From the NCBI RefSeq assembly GCF_006345805.1, contig NC_043002.1, positions 41,168,001 to 41,232,000 on the forward strand: DNA of 64,000 nt, read 5' to 3'. Under the pieces are notes generated by a model. It was not told the DNA's origin and did not search any database. It worked only from the letters and a program-made list of their open reading frames with translations. The DNA comes from Octopus sinensis (lineage: Eukaryota). Numbering within the stretch: position 1 is the stretch's first letter; every line of letters starts with the position of its first letter. The position numbers and the translations under genes are program-made. Below, one piece after another: positions 51,189 to 64,000 of this stretch.

Positions 51189-51450
51189 AGTCAAGACGAA
51201 GAGCGTGATTCAATTGTAATAGATATTTTATTGGTTGAACGATATTTCGACAGTAAGTCTGTCTTTGACAAGTTCAAAATAAGAGGTGATAAAAATTCAT
51301 ACTTTAAATTTTAACTTTAAATTTAAATTTCTATAATTTTGAATTTTTATCACTTCTTATTTTGAACTTGACAAAGACAGTCTTACTGTCAAAATATCAT
51401 TCAGCCAATAAAATATCTATTACAATCAAATCACACTTTTCGTCTTGACT
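51189..51450. repeat. Fold-back inverted repeat (~110-bp arms)
   Basis: AGTCAAGACGAA...GATAAAAATTCA vs TGAATTTTTATC...TTCGTCTTGACT. Confidence 0.88.
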
Positions 51451-51488
51451 GTTTACCTTTGTAAAGAGTTATGTCAATCCTTTTTAAG

Positions 51489-51537
<49 letters not shown>

Positions 51538-51539
<2 letters not shown>

Positions 51540-51712
51540 ATAACAAAAACATACAGAAAATTGCACTACTAGGCACTGCACACATCCTACGCAGAACACT
51601 TTCCATACAATAACCATCAGAGCATCACAACAAATCACAGCACATACCTAAGGCACACAGAGCTGCGCTTGGTAGTGAAGTGAAAGCACGCTATAAAAAT
51701 AAAACTACTGAA
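51538..51712 (+). mobile_element. R4/Dong-type LINE 3' end within (TAA)n
   Basis: NIQKIALLGTAHILRRTLSIQ* + short UTR; (AAT)n on both sides. Confidence 0.7.
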
Positions 51713-52277
51713 TAATAATAATAATAATAATAATATCCCTACAGGAAGTGCATCCATCCCTACAGGAAGTGTCCATCCCTACAGGAAGTGCAAAAAATTG
51801 TGTTAACTAGAACGATTCATGTACTGAGAAGAGCATTATCACTGTAAAAACAACATCCATTCATGAATATATTTATTCATTAATTTCTTTTAAATACATA
51901 TTTTACCTGTGAATTTGCATGTGTAATCTAGGAATGCATACAATGAGCTTCTCTGCCCTAGGTGTACAGAAAACACTAGGTGAGAAATGGAAGAAAATTT
52001 GAAGAAAGAAGGAAAAAAAAATAATAATTATGATAAAAACACTTGCCCTTGGTGCTGTACGGAGGGACTGAACCTAAAACCACATGGCTTTCAAAGCATA
52101 CTTGTTAACCAGTTATTTAGGCCATGCCAATAAACCTTTTTAATTGTAACACAGTATTCACCACATTCTCAAATTACATCACCGAAACACCTGGTTCCAT
52201 TTCCTCTAGCTATCCACATCTAATGCCAAAGAGGAACCGAGGCAATGAAACTGACTAATATTGAACACCAATGTGCT

Positions 52278-52315
<38 letters not shown>

Positions 52316-53399
52316 CTTTCAATATAGCTGAACAAGACTTGCTGATTTGCCATTTGATTGTAAGCTCATTCACTTCTGTGATTGCTTTCTAGCCTTGGCA
52401 ACTAAGTGATTTAATGCTGTCTCATTTCTATTGTCTGCCTGTTTTACCAAAATGACTAGTGCCAACTCTTCATGAATTCTAATGCGGTCATTAGTGTTTA
52501 CCATTCAATTGGGTTTGTTATCTCACCAATTACTATCAGAAAAATCTTAGCTCTGTTGGGAATGAAAGTCGTTCTTAATGTATTTAATTTATTTATTTAT
52601 TTATTTATTTTATATTTTTGCTTTGCTTCTTTTTTTTTATTTATTTATTTATTTGCTGCCATATTGGATGTCGCATTTCCTATTTTTAGAGTCAAATCTT
52701 GTCGGTGCTTTGCATGTGTGTGTGTGTATGTGTGTATGTGTGTGTGTGTGTGTGTGCGTGCTTGATCTTGTGTGCATGTCAATATATATACAAACATACA
52801 TACATGGGTACAAACAAGCATATATACTTATATATTCACACATCTATCTGGCCATCCATCTGTCCATGCATCAATCCATCCATTCACATACATGCTCGCA
52901 CACACACACACATGTGTACATGTACACATATATATGTATACATAAATACATACATATATGTATGTGTGTATGTTTGATGTATGCATGTATGTATGCATAT
53001 GTAGGCTACTGATACCAGATAAAAATGCTAAACACTAATGGTATGCTAATGAGTCATTCCAGTTCTCTGACTCTATTAGATCTGATGCGTATATAAACAG
53101 ATTGGGTAGTTGCTTCTTCCAGATTGGTCAAGTGATGCAGACATCTCTGAAGAGACCCCAACAAGGGTCTAAAAATCAATTAAGAGTTTTCATTTATTTT
53201 TTCAATCTTCAGAGAGATAGATAAAATTGGTACATTTGTATGTCCACCACATAAGTTTATATATCAATGTTGACTACATAATTATATATATATGTAGATC
53301 AGACTGGAGCCTGGGGCAGCCTTCTGGCTTCCCAGATCCCCGGTCGAACTGTCCAACCCATGCTAGCATGGAGAATGGACGTTAAACGATGATGATGAT

Positions 53400-54790
53400 G
53401 ATGATGATGATTATATAGGTGTGGCTATATATGGCAACAATGACAGGGATAATGACGAGTAGAATGAGGACACTGCTAGTGGTCAAATTGATGACAACAT
53501 TACCGATGACACTGACAGTAACAATGGCAATGATAACAATGACAATACCGATGATGACAAAGTCAGTGCTGGTGATGACACAACAACAATGATGATAACA
53601 TTGCAGCCGCCACTGATTACAATGACGATGATGAGTACACCAGTGATGACAATTGTGCTACCATGGCTACAATGGTAATGAGGATATGAGATGTCACCAA
53701 TGACACCAATGACAGTGATGACATTGATGACAATACCACTTCTGCTGCCACTGTCATGCCACTGACAACAACAACGATGAGGATGACCAGGAAAAGAAAT
53801 TCTACAACAACAACTCCGCCACCACTGACGATGACAGTATCACTAATGCTGCTGTTGCTGCTGATGATGATAATGAGGATGCTAATGCTGCTGACACCAA
53901 TGATGATGACAATGGCAATGGTGTTTCCACCGCTGCCAATTGCAAAGACATCGACTATCAGTGACAATCACAACAACTAAGCCAAACACTGTTGATGCCA
54001 ACAACACCAACAACAATGATGGCAACAACAGCAACAGTGGAGGCACAATGGCCCAGTGGATAGGGCAGCGGACTCGCGGTCGTAAGAACGCGGTTTCAAT
54101 TCTCAGACTGGGCATAGTGTTTATTGAGCAAAAACACCTAAGCTCCATGAGGCTCCGGCGGGGTGAAGTGGAGGGTGAACCCCGCTGTACACTTTCACCA
54201 CAACTTTCTCTCACTCTTTCATCCAACTTCTGCAACAAAGCAGAGGAACCATGGTGTAACCCACTATGGTGTGGTAAATTTTCAGACCCTAGTCTAGATT
54301 GCGAATCCTCTGTACCCCAGGATGGTTCAGCTCTCCACCTGTTAAAAAAAGCCACCATTTACGGAATGAGGAATAACAATGTAGCTTTCGCACCCATGCA
54401 ACTGCCAGTCTATCGCGTGTGGTGGGTGGATCTTCAAGTTGCCACATACGTTCTTAGTAGCTTAGAGTAGGCTCGAATTAGAGAATATTCTTTGTGGCTA
54501 ATGGCGTGAGTCCTGATTGGAAGAAGAAGAAGAAGAAGAAGAAGGAGGAGGAGGAGGAGGAGGAGGAGACAACAGCAACAATAATGACAACTGTGTAGTT
54601 GACAAAAATGACAGCACCTATGTCAATGCTGACACCCATGTCCATGTTGCCAGAGCTTATATAATGATGACACTGTCAACACTACTGATGACAACAATGA
54701 CAATGACAGCAATAGTGATGTCACTAATGATGACACATACAACAATGATGACAATAACAGCAGAGGGACAGCAGCAATAACAACAACAAA
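53400..54790. repeat. Degenerate trinucleotide low-complexity tract ((GAT)/(AAC)/(GAA)/(GGA)) containing a SINE B copy at 54040-54240
   Basis: Directly visible. Confidence 0.75.
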
Positions 54791-55464
54791 AACAAATCCA
54801 CCTGCAAACCACCAAAGGAACATCTATGTGGTCCTTCGAGCTGCTAGAAGAAGCAACCAAATCTCCCTCAAATTATACTTTGCTGTCTTAAATATGGAAA
54901 GAATACATTAGATAATGTAGTCTTGAATACTCAAAAAAAACATACAACTGAAATGTCATGGCTGGAATACCTTTGATAATGAATCTATTGGACATGAGCT
55001 GACCTAGAAGTTAAAATACCCTAACCCTCTCTAGCCAACCAACCCCTTCATTATTCCAGCTTGGGTTGGCAGAGTAATCAAAATATCAACAGAAATACTT
55101 CGTGGTATTTATTCCAACCTTTAATGTTCTGAGTTCAAATTCAACCAACGTTAATCTTTGCAGGATCAATAACATAAGTACAGTAATCATTTGCCATATC
55201 AAGGTTCACCTATCACGCCCTCAGTACATTGCGGATTTTTCTGGCTAATATATGTAAATTTATATCACGGACTCCTCAGTATATCGCAGGTTTCTGCAGC
55301 CAACAGGTATTTATATTGTTTTAGGTTGTAACTAATTCTGTGGTAAAATAAGCATTTTTGCTCCTAAAAAGGAATAAATTAATAAATAAAAATTCAGTAC
55401 AGTACTGCACTATATAACACATTAATTACAATAAAATATATTCAAAGAAAATTTGTAGTGTAGT

Positions 55465-55845
55465 ATAGGCGTAGGAGTGGCTGTGTGGTAAGTAGCTTTC
55501 TTACCAACCACATGGTTCCAGGTTCGGTCCCACTGCATGGCACCTTGGGTAAGTGTCTTCTACTATAGCCTTGTGAGTGGATTTGGTTGGCAGAAACTGA
55601 AAGAAGCCCGTTGTATATATGTACGTATGTGTATATGTTTGTGTATCTGTGTTTGTCCCCCCCAACATCGCTTGACAACCAATGCTGGTGTGTTTACATC
55701 CCCGTAACTTAGCGGTTTGGCAAAAGAGACCGATACAATAAGTACTAGGCTTACAAAGAATAAGTCCTGGAGTCAATATACTCGACTAAAGGCGATGCTC
55801 CAGCATGGCCACAGTCACATGACTGAAACAAGTAAAAGAGTAAAA
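55465..55845 (+). mobile_element. SINE family C, near-complete copy
   Basis: GGAGTGGCTGTGTGGTAAGTAGC..GGTTCGGTCCCACTG..tail GAAACAAGTAAAAGAGTAAAAG. Confidence 0.8.
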
Positions 55846-56039
55846 GTGTGTATCATAGATGAGTAAACAAAGAATCACACATACTGTATGGAAAACGAAA
55901 CTCCTAAGAGTGTAGGGAGAGTTTATAAAAGCTTAAATATATGAAAATAATAAAATAAATATATACAAATTATAAAAATAATATTTTAAAAAATATACAT
56001 TACAGTCCTGATTCTGTTTTGCAGATTTTCACCTATCAT

Positions 56040-56412
56040 GGTGGGTTTTGGAACATAGCACCAGCGTCGCCTTACTGCCACTTGTGCTGGTGGCATGTGA
56101 AAAACATTCAAGCGAGATCGTTGCCAGTACCGCTGGACTGGCTCCTGTACAGGTGGTACATAAAAAACACCACTTGAGTGTGGCCATTGCCAGTACTGCC
56201 TGACTGGCCCTCATGCCGGTGGCATGTAAAAGCACCCACTACACTCTCGGAGTGGTTGGCATTAGGAAGGGCATCCAGCTGTAGAAACTCTGCCAGATCA
56301 GATTGGAGCCTGGTGAGCCATCTAGCTCGCCAGTCCTCTGTCAAATCGTCCAACCCATGCTAGCATGGAAAGCAGACATTAAACGATGATGATGATGATG
56401 ATGATAATGATG
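56040..56412 (+). mobile_element. RTE 3' UTR fragment
   Basis: GCACCCACTACACTCTCGGAGTGGTTGG..CCATGCTAGCATGGAAAGC..(GAT)n. Confidence 0.75.
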
Positions 56413-56414
56413 AT

Positions 56415-57223
56415 CTCATTTTAACAGATACATTTACCAAAATTACATAAAAATATCTTGAAATACTAAAGAGTAAATTTATTCTATAAAATCGCCATTG
56501 GCTTCAACCATGACCTCCTGACGACTTCAGAATCTCCTGCAACTCTTCTGGATGATCTTGTTTAAGCTGGTGAATGCTGTGATAATCCTTGCTTTTAGTT
56601 CATCTGTAGAGTTACAAGCAGTTTTGTTGGTGTCTTGCTCAACTGCACCCCATACATAATAACCAAGGAGGTTGCAATCTGGAGAGTTAGCTGGCCAGAT
56701 ATTAGGGATGATGTGGTTGCAGAAATTGTCTGACAGCCATGACTGGGTTCTCCTGCTTGTGTGGCATGGTGCTGGGTCCTGTTGCCAGACATAGGCTCTT
56801 CCAGCAGCCACCCTCTTCCCCTAGACAGTACTACCTCCTCCATGCACTTGATGTAGGTCTCCATGTGGGTCTGAGGCCATGTGGGTAGATGAATAGAGGC
56901 ATAACATTGCCATCACTAGTGATCACTTCAAACACCATGATGTTGACTGGATGGTTGATTTTTCTCATTCTCGGTACATGTCCTCAGATTGACATCCAAA
57001 CATTCTGAAATGTTCATATTGGAGCTTCAGGCACGAATGCCAACCAGTACAGCATGCCATTTCCAAATTTCTGGCAGTGTGAGTTGCATCATGGTGCTGT
57101 TTTCCTCATAGACAGTGCCCAACTGCCCCAACTATATTGTGTAATCAGCAAAATCAAAAACAAACAATGAACATGTGCGAAGTTAAAAAAATAAAATGGT
57201 GACAATTTACCCTTCGCACCCTG
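56415..57223 (-). mobile_element. Tc1/mariner element remnant (DDD/E domain fragment)
   Basis: YVWQQDPAPCHTS..WPANSPDCNLLGYYVWG..ELKARI; terminal TA|CAGGGTGCGAAGGG on the minus strand at 57223. Confidence 0.82.
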
Positions 57224-57302
57224 TATACACACGTGCACACACACATACACACACACAAACACACACACACACACACATACACACACACACATACACACAT
57301 AT

Positions 57303-57472
57303 ATAGGTGTGGCTGCATGGTAAGAAGCTTGCTTCCCAACCACATGGTCTGGGTTCAGTCCTACTACATGGCACCTTAGGCAAGTGTCTTCTATAGTAGC
57401 CCTGGGCCAACCAAAGCCTTGTGAGTGGATTTGGTTGATGGAAACTGAAAGAAGCCCACCGTATGTGTGTGT

Positions 57473-57506
<34 letters not shown>

Positions 57507-58080
57507 TGACAACTGGTGCTGGTATGTTCATGTCCTCATAACATAATAGTTTGGCAAAAGAGGTTGATAGGAAAAGTACTAGGCTTTAAAAAATAAGTCC
57601 TGGGGTTGATTTGTTTGACTACAATCTTTTCAGTGCTCCAGCATGGCCACAGTCAAATGACTGAAACACATAAAAGAATATATATACATGTGATGAGCTT
57701 CTTTCAGTTTCTACCTACCAAATCCATTCCCAAAGTTGTCATAGAAAACACTTGGGCAAGGTACTAAACTGAGGGACAGGATCCAAAATCATGATTGGGA
57801 AGCCAATTTCTTACCACGAAGCCACGCCTGTGCCTATACTATACTGGAAAAGGCAGTGAGCTGGCAGAATCGTTAGCATGCCAGGCGAAATGCTTAGCGG
57901 CATTTCGTCTGTCTGTACGCTCTGAGTTCAAATTCCGCTGAGGTCAACTTTGCCTTTCATCCTTTCGGGGTCGATATATTAAGTACCAGTTATGTACTGG
58001 GTTTGATGCAATCGACTTAATCCCTTTGTCTGTCCTTGTTTGTCCCCTCTATATTTAGCTCCCTGTGAGCAATAAAAATA
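57303..58080. mobile_element. SINE cluster (C +, C -, E +)
   Basis: 57303-57680, 57690-57835, 57855-58080. Confidence 0.65.
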
Positions 58081-59154
58081 TATATATATTATACTGGAAA
58101 CAATTTATCTAATTGGCCCTAGTACATGATTAACATTTATTTTATTTATTTACTTACCGACCACTATGATTCTTTGACTCTAGTTAAATTTGAACCCACA
58201 ATGTAGAGACAAAGAACTAAAGTCTGTCTGATGCAATCAATCATTTTTATCACTATTTCACTTTACTGATAACAAAGTGATGACTAACTTGAAGAAATGG
58301 TTGACTAAGCATGATAGGTATGAGTAGGCAACTATAAAATACCTTGTCAATTGAGTATTGTTAATATATTTTACAAGACCATCTAAGTCATTCAGGTCTG
58401 GAAAGGTTTTGAAGTAAAATCTAATTTTTAAATGTGTTAAGCACTGTAGATATCATTTCAGGAAGATTTATTCCTGAAAATGTAGTTGTAGGATGAGCAG
58501 ATTAATTATTGATTTTATTATTATTTTTTTTATTTTATTTCCAGTTTAGTTTTGTTTTCTTACTGTCTTTTTTTCTTCATATACTTTTCCTATTTCTCTT
58601 CTTTTGTTTTGTTTTTTTTTTGCTGTAAAGATTTTTTTAAAAAAATGTCTTTTATCATCATGCTAAATGCTTGTCTTAACTTATATTATTCTAGAAAGGT
58701 CTTGTCAGTTATCACAGAATAATCATTTAATCAATTTGTTTAAAAAATATAAATCACTCCGCTATTATTGAATTTCTGCGATGGTGTTGAAAGAATTATG
58801 GCTAACAGCAATGGACCATTCATCTTTAATAAACAGATGTCTATTTATTTAAAAATAAAAACAAAAAAAAGAAACACACCAACAAAAAAAAAAGAAAGAC
58901 CTTTTCAAAATTCTGGAACCATTGAGCAGAGATGTTTATACCGTTTAACAAAAACATCTGTTACTGGAACAGTCCCTAATTAGCTTATGTTTGAACACAC
59001 TTTTGATAAAATAATTGAACATTTTGGAGTGGACCACAGATATAATACATAAAAGCTATAAATGTCACTTAAATGAGTACTTATTTATCTAGAAATATCT
59101 AAGATAGATAAACATCTTGTAGAGAAAACTGAAGTAGGTGATACCTCTTACCTT

Positions 59155-60144
59155 TTAGTTGTTTCAGTAATGAGACACTGACCATGCTGGGGCACTGCTT
59201 TGAAGGGTTTAGTTGGACAAACTGACCCCAGTATTTATTTTGGGATTCTTAGCCAAACTGCTAAGTTACAGGGATTTGAATAAAATGAGACTTCTTGTCA
59301 GATGGTGGTGGGACAAATACAAATGCAAAGTCACACACACACACACCACACACACACACAAACATACACAAAACACATACACACATATACACACACTTGC
59401 ACAAATACATATACATATACATACATACATAAATATACATATATAAACTTAGATATACACACACACACATATATATATACACACACACAACACACACACA
59501 ACACATACACACACACACACATATATGATGGGCTTCTTTCAGTTTCTGTCTACCAAATCCACTTACAAGGCTTTGGTTGGCCCGAGGCTATGGTAGAAAG
59601 ACACTTGCCCAAGGTGCCATGCAGTGGGACTGAACCCAGAACCATGTGGTTGGTAAGCAAGCTATTTACCAGACAGCCATGCCTGTGACTATATATATAT
59701 ATATATATATATACAGTGGGATTCCACACAGTTTCCATCTACCAAATTCACTCACAGGGCATTGGCTGGCCTTGGGTTATAGTAGAACACAGTGTTCTAC
59801 AGTGTGACTGAACCTGAAATGTTGTGATTGCAAACCAAGCTTCTGCACCACACAGTCATGCCTATGCCTAAAACAGGTGATAGTTTTTTTTTGTTTTTGT
59901 TTTCTTTTAGCTGAAACAGTATCGAACCACAGCTAAGTACCCCACCCTGCACTTAAAACCACTTATGGACTTAAGAAGCTTATATTCTTTTACTTGTTCT
60001 AGCCACATGGCTGTTGCTAAACTGGAGCACCATCATCATTTGCATTTGTTTTTTTAATTATATTTTTATCTTTTTTTGCCAATTTCACAGGTATTAGTAC
60101 ATTGAAAGGTGTCCCACAGTGTGACAAAATATTTTTGTACATCT

Positions 60145-60191
<47 letters not shown>

Positions 60192-60400
60192 TTGTGTGTC
60201 TGTGTTTGTCCCCCCAACATTGCTTGACAACCGATGCTGGTGTGTTTACATCCCCATAACTTAGCAGTTCAGCAAAAGAGATCAATAGAATAAGTACTAA
60301 ACTTACAAAGAATAAGTCCTGGGGTCGATTTGCTCAACTAAAGGGTGGTGCTCCAGCATGGCCACAGTCAAATGACTGAAACATGTAAAAGAGTAAAAGA
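59155..60400. mobile_element. SINE C cluster
   Basis: 59155-59690 (-), 59715-59870 (-), tail 60190-60400 (+). Confidence 0.65.
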
Positions 60401-60409
60401 GTTAATGAA

Positions 60410-61085
60410 ATTACCAAATAGGCTAGATGGCTGCTACACAAGAATGTTACAAAGGACCCAAAATATGAAATGGCAGCCACATATGACAAACAAATGCCTT
60501 TATGAGGACCTGCTGAAAGTTAGCAAGATCAAGCAAATATGGCTATGACTATCTGGTTACTGTATGTGCTACTCTGATTGGGAACATTCAAATTAGTTGT
60601 GTGGAACCCACTTCGTGGTGATGTAAGAATTAGTCTAGTGGAACTCACTTCATGGTGATGTAAGATGGTGATGGTGATGTAATCAATAAATGGATTATAG
60701 ATAATGGCCTGGAAAGTATCCAGGACCTCGAGGTAGTGATATTGGACCAGAAGGTGTGCCAGGTAGATTTTGTTGCTGTGGCCCGGGTTGGAATCCAGCC
60801 ATAAAAAAAAAAAAAAGAAATCTCCTCTTTGGTCTTGTACTCATGCAATGAGATATTCTTGAGCTCTAGTGAGAAACCTGGTATATGTACCATCATAGCA
60901 ATCTTGAAGATCATTCTTCAGAGTCCAGATTTTAACTTCATGCCCAGAAGACCAGTCTTGTTGACTCTGAAACATTTGATAGCAAGAGGATTTAAAGCTT
61001 GTAACAGGCACTTCAGACTTGTCTCTTGCATGTTGAGAAATCTTTCTAACAGTCATCAAAATAAGACCCAAGGTACATGAAGTCA
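60410..61085. mobile_element. Two RTE-like LINE coding remnants in opposite orientation
   Basis: + strand RLDGCYTRMLQRTQNMKWQPHMTN; - strand IWTLKNDLQDCYDGTYTRFLTRAQ. Confidence 0.6.
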
Positions 61086-61741
61086 CTGATTTACTAAGTT
61101 GTTTTCTGTTGTCAAATGAATTGGCAGATGGCTTTCACCCTAATTCTCATCCTCATCAGGCTCAATAAAATAAGTACCAGTCATAAACTAAGGTAAAAAC
61201 AGACAACTACATTCCTTCTTTGTTAATTTATGGCTAATTAAGCATAGATTTCTTTGTGCATTTCAGAAAGTTCGACATTCTTGATATATCAAATCACTGG
61301 ACAAGATATTCAATTTTTCTAATTAATTATTAATCTATTATGATAACCAGTAAACCACCAGCATCCACACTTCTTTTATTGTTGTCACTGCCGTTGTCAT
61401 TTTCGTCATCATCGTCGTCATTGTCATCGTCATCATCATTACCAGCAGCAGCAATGGCAGCTACATTGGAAGCAGTATTTATCCTCGCCACCAGTATCAT
61501 AATCTTTATCATAATCACCATAGCAACAACCACGATCATCACTACAAATACTGCCATCACAACCACTCTGACCACGACTTTCATCTTCCTCCTCTCCTCC
61601 TCCACTTCCTCCTCCTCCTCCTCCTCCTCCTCCTACTCATCATCATCATCAGCAGCAGAAGCAGCAGCAGCCTTATCATCACCATCAACATCCCATCAAC
61701 ACTTCATTTACTTCTTCTCCTCCTACTCCTCTCTCTCTATA

Positions 61742-62699
61742 CAGGCTGGCCCAAAAGTAGGTTTTACAGTTATTCAACTATCTCTTTCACATTCATATAT
61801 TAACAGTTTAGATCTTAATTATGAAAAAAATATGAAACCATCATTCTATGCTAATTTAATTTAATTTTGTCACGCTCTTATGCATTGACAGTAAGAGACT
61901 ACCTTAACCAAGCCTTTCCACAGTGTTAGTTAGTTAGTTAGTTAGTTAATTTGGCTCAAAAGCAAATAGCAAGGCCAGGTAGGGGGACATGGAGTTAAGT
62001 ACAGGGTGGTGTTCATGTAAAGAGTTCAGGCCACTTGAGGTCAAGGGAGGCTTTGAACAAAGCGGTTGTTGGCATCTTCACCATCTCGTCTGGCAGCTTG
62101 TTCCACGGATCCGCAACCCGGACGGAGAAAGCTCCTCTCCTTCGATTGAGATGAAATCGTCGCAGGTAGAACTTTTCGGAATGACCCCGCAGCCGACGCT
62201 CTGGAGCAGGAGTGAAGAACAGCTCTTTCGAGAGGTTACACTTTCCGCTTATGATATTGTGAGTGAGAATGAGATCACCACGGCAGCGGCGTTTTTCTAG
62301 AGAATAAAGTGTTGGTTTGGAAGATGAGGCAGCATCGAATGGCCACCACATTCACCTGACCTGACACCAATGGATTTCTTTTTTTGTAAAGAACAAGGTT
62401 TTATGAGAAGAATCCCCAAAAAGTAAATGAATTAAAAATTACATTTTTGATGCATTCACTGAAATTGACAGAGATCAGAATTTGTGCTGCACCGTGTGTC
62501 TGAGTGTTCTGAAGAGGTTTGAAGAATGTTGCAATGTTGAAGGAGGACATTTTGAGCATCAGAGATATCAAAGATTGTCTGTTTAAGATGAGCATAAGCA
62601 AATATGATTGTAAGATAGAAATTTGAATGTAATAAAATGTTCTGAAAGAAATTTAAAGTGCCTACATGATAACTGCAAACCTACTTTTGGGCCACCCTG
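61742..62699 (+). mobile_element. Internally deleted Tc1/mariner element with both TIRs
   Basis: TA|CAGGCTGGCCCAAAAGTAGGTTT ... AAACCTACTTTTGGGCCACCCTG|TA; remnant IEWPPHSPDLTPMDF. Confidence 0.85.
61925..62313 (-). mobile_element. CR1/L2-type LINE 3' fragment nested in the mariner
   Basis: LYSLEKRRCRGDLI..RGHSEK..RRGAFSVRVADPWNKLP; (ACTA)n tail. Confidence 0.8.
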
Positions 62700-62951
62700 T
62701 ATATGTCTATCAAAAGTCTGCTTTTCCTGTTCTTTCCCTGTTTTGTAAGTTATTTGGTGACAACACTAGTGCTGCTGACATGGAAAAAAAAAAACGCTCC
62801 CAGAACACATTGTAAAATGGTTGGCATTAGGAAGGGCAGCTCGCTATGAAATCCATGCCAAAGCTGACATTGGGGCTTGATGGAGCCCTGTGGTTTGCTA
62901 GAACCCTGTCAAACTTTCAAACTCATATCAACATGGGATACAGATATTAAG

Positions 62952-63003
<52 letters not shown>

Positions 63004-63204
63004 GGTGGTGGTGGTGGTGGTGGTGGGGTGGTGGTGGTGGTGGTGATGGTGGTGGTGGTGGTGGTGGTGATGATGATGATGGTGATGGTGATGATGATGA
63101 TGATGATGATGATAGTAGTGGTGATTGGTGGTGATGGGGATTATGATGAGAGTGACTACTCAGGCCACTGCCAGTCTCATACTTGCAAATTTTCCACAAA
63201 CGCT

Positions 63205-63363
63205 TTAGGTGCAGGAGTGGCTGTGTGGTAAGTAGCTTGCTTACCAACCACATGTTTATGGGTTCAGTCCCACTGCATGGTACCTTGGGCAAGTGTCTTC
63301 TACTATAACCTTGGGCTGACCTTGTGAGTGGATTTGGTAGACGGAAACTGAAAGCCTGTCGTA

Positions 63364-63434
<71 letters not shown>

Positions 63435-63670
63435 TGTGTATGTGTATGTGTATATAAGAGTGTGTGTGTGTGTGTTTATCCCCCCACCATCACTTGACAA
63501 TCGATGCCGGTGTGTTTACCTTCCTATAACTTAGCAGTTCAGCAAAAGAGACCGATAGAATAAGTACTAGGCTTACAAAGAATTTTGTAATGTGTTCAAT
63601 TTGTTCAACTAAAGGCAGTGCTCCAGCATGGCTACAGTCAAATGACTGAAATAAATAAAAGAGTGAAAGA
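63205..63670 (+). mobile_element. SINE family C
   Basis: GGTGCAGGAGTGGCTGTGTGGTAAGTAGCTTGCTTACC head, tail ending GAGTAAAAG. Confidence 0.8.
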
Positions 63671-63881
63671 GTAAAAGAATAAATTGTTTAATTTTGTTCA
63701 TCTGGAGAATCTCAGAAGCAGCCTGTGAAGACCAAGGCTGCTCCTTCATCTACTTCCTGTTCCAGTTCTAGACCAATCCAATATCATCTCCATCCTCCTC
63801 CTCCTTCTCTTCATCATCATCATCAATGCCATCATAATCAATATCACCTGCACAACTATCATATACCTTGCAAGCATTGAT

Positions 63882-63912
<31 letters not shown>

Positions 63913-64000
63913 CTACCGTCACTAGCACCACCACCATCACCACCACCACCACTACCACCGTCACCACCACCATCACTACCATCATCAGCACTATCATACT

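Noticed and set aside
53617-54860. Overlapping 66-176 aa ORFs rich in T/M/N/V/E
   Set aside because: Arise from trinucleotide low-complexity DNA and a SINE; no domain.
61330-64000. Poly-Ser/His/Pro/Val ORFs
   Set aside because: Translations of (TCC)n, (GAT)n, (GGT)n and (CAC)n tracts.

Overview
Eukaryotic, AT-rich, microsatellite-dense DNA with no recognisable host exon (intergenic or deep intron). The SINE and LINE families look like those of octopus (inference from repeat recognition, no database search). Most of the long ORF calls are microsatellite artefacts. Mobile elements present: tRNA-derived SINEs, a near full-length but disrupted RTE LINE with a PHD finger (28.2-32.4 kb) plus many 3' fragments, Penelope-like elements (RT + GIY-YIG), non-autonomous Helitrons, Tc1/mariner remnants and MITEs, and R4-type and CR1-type fragments. 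The standout feature is a 7.5-kb non-coding tandem array (6270-13786) of a ~600-bp unit. Each unit carries a type I hammerhead ribozyme that I folded by hand, 12 copies in all, with a head-to-head inversion and a possible Pol III-type sub-unit. The array lies about 450 bp from a Penelope-like RT/endonuclease ORF. Two other hammerhead families (4.3 kb; 14-17 kb and 39.4-40.3 kb) and two further fold-back structures occur in the window. All structures were paired by eye. Nothing was computed or searched, so novelty and activity are untested, and SINE/LINE fragment boundaries are approximate.
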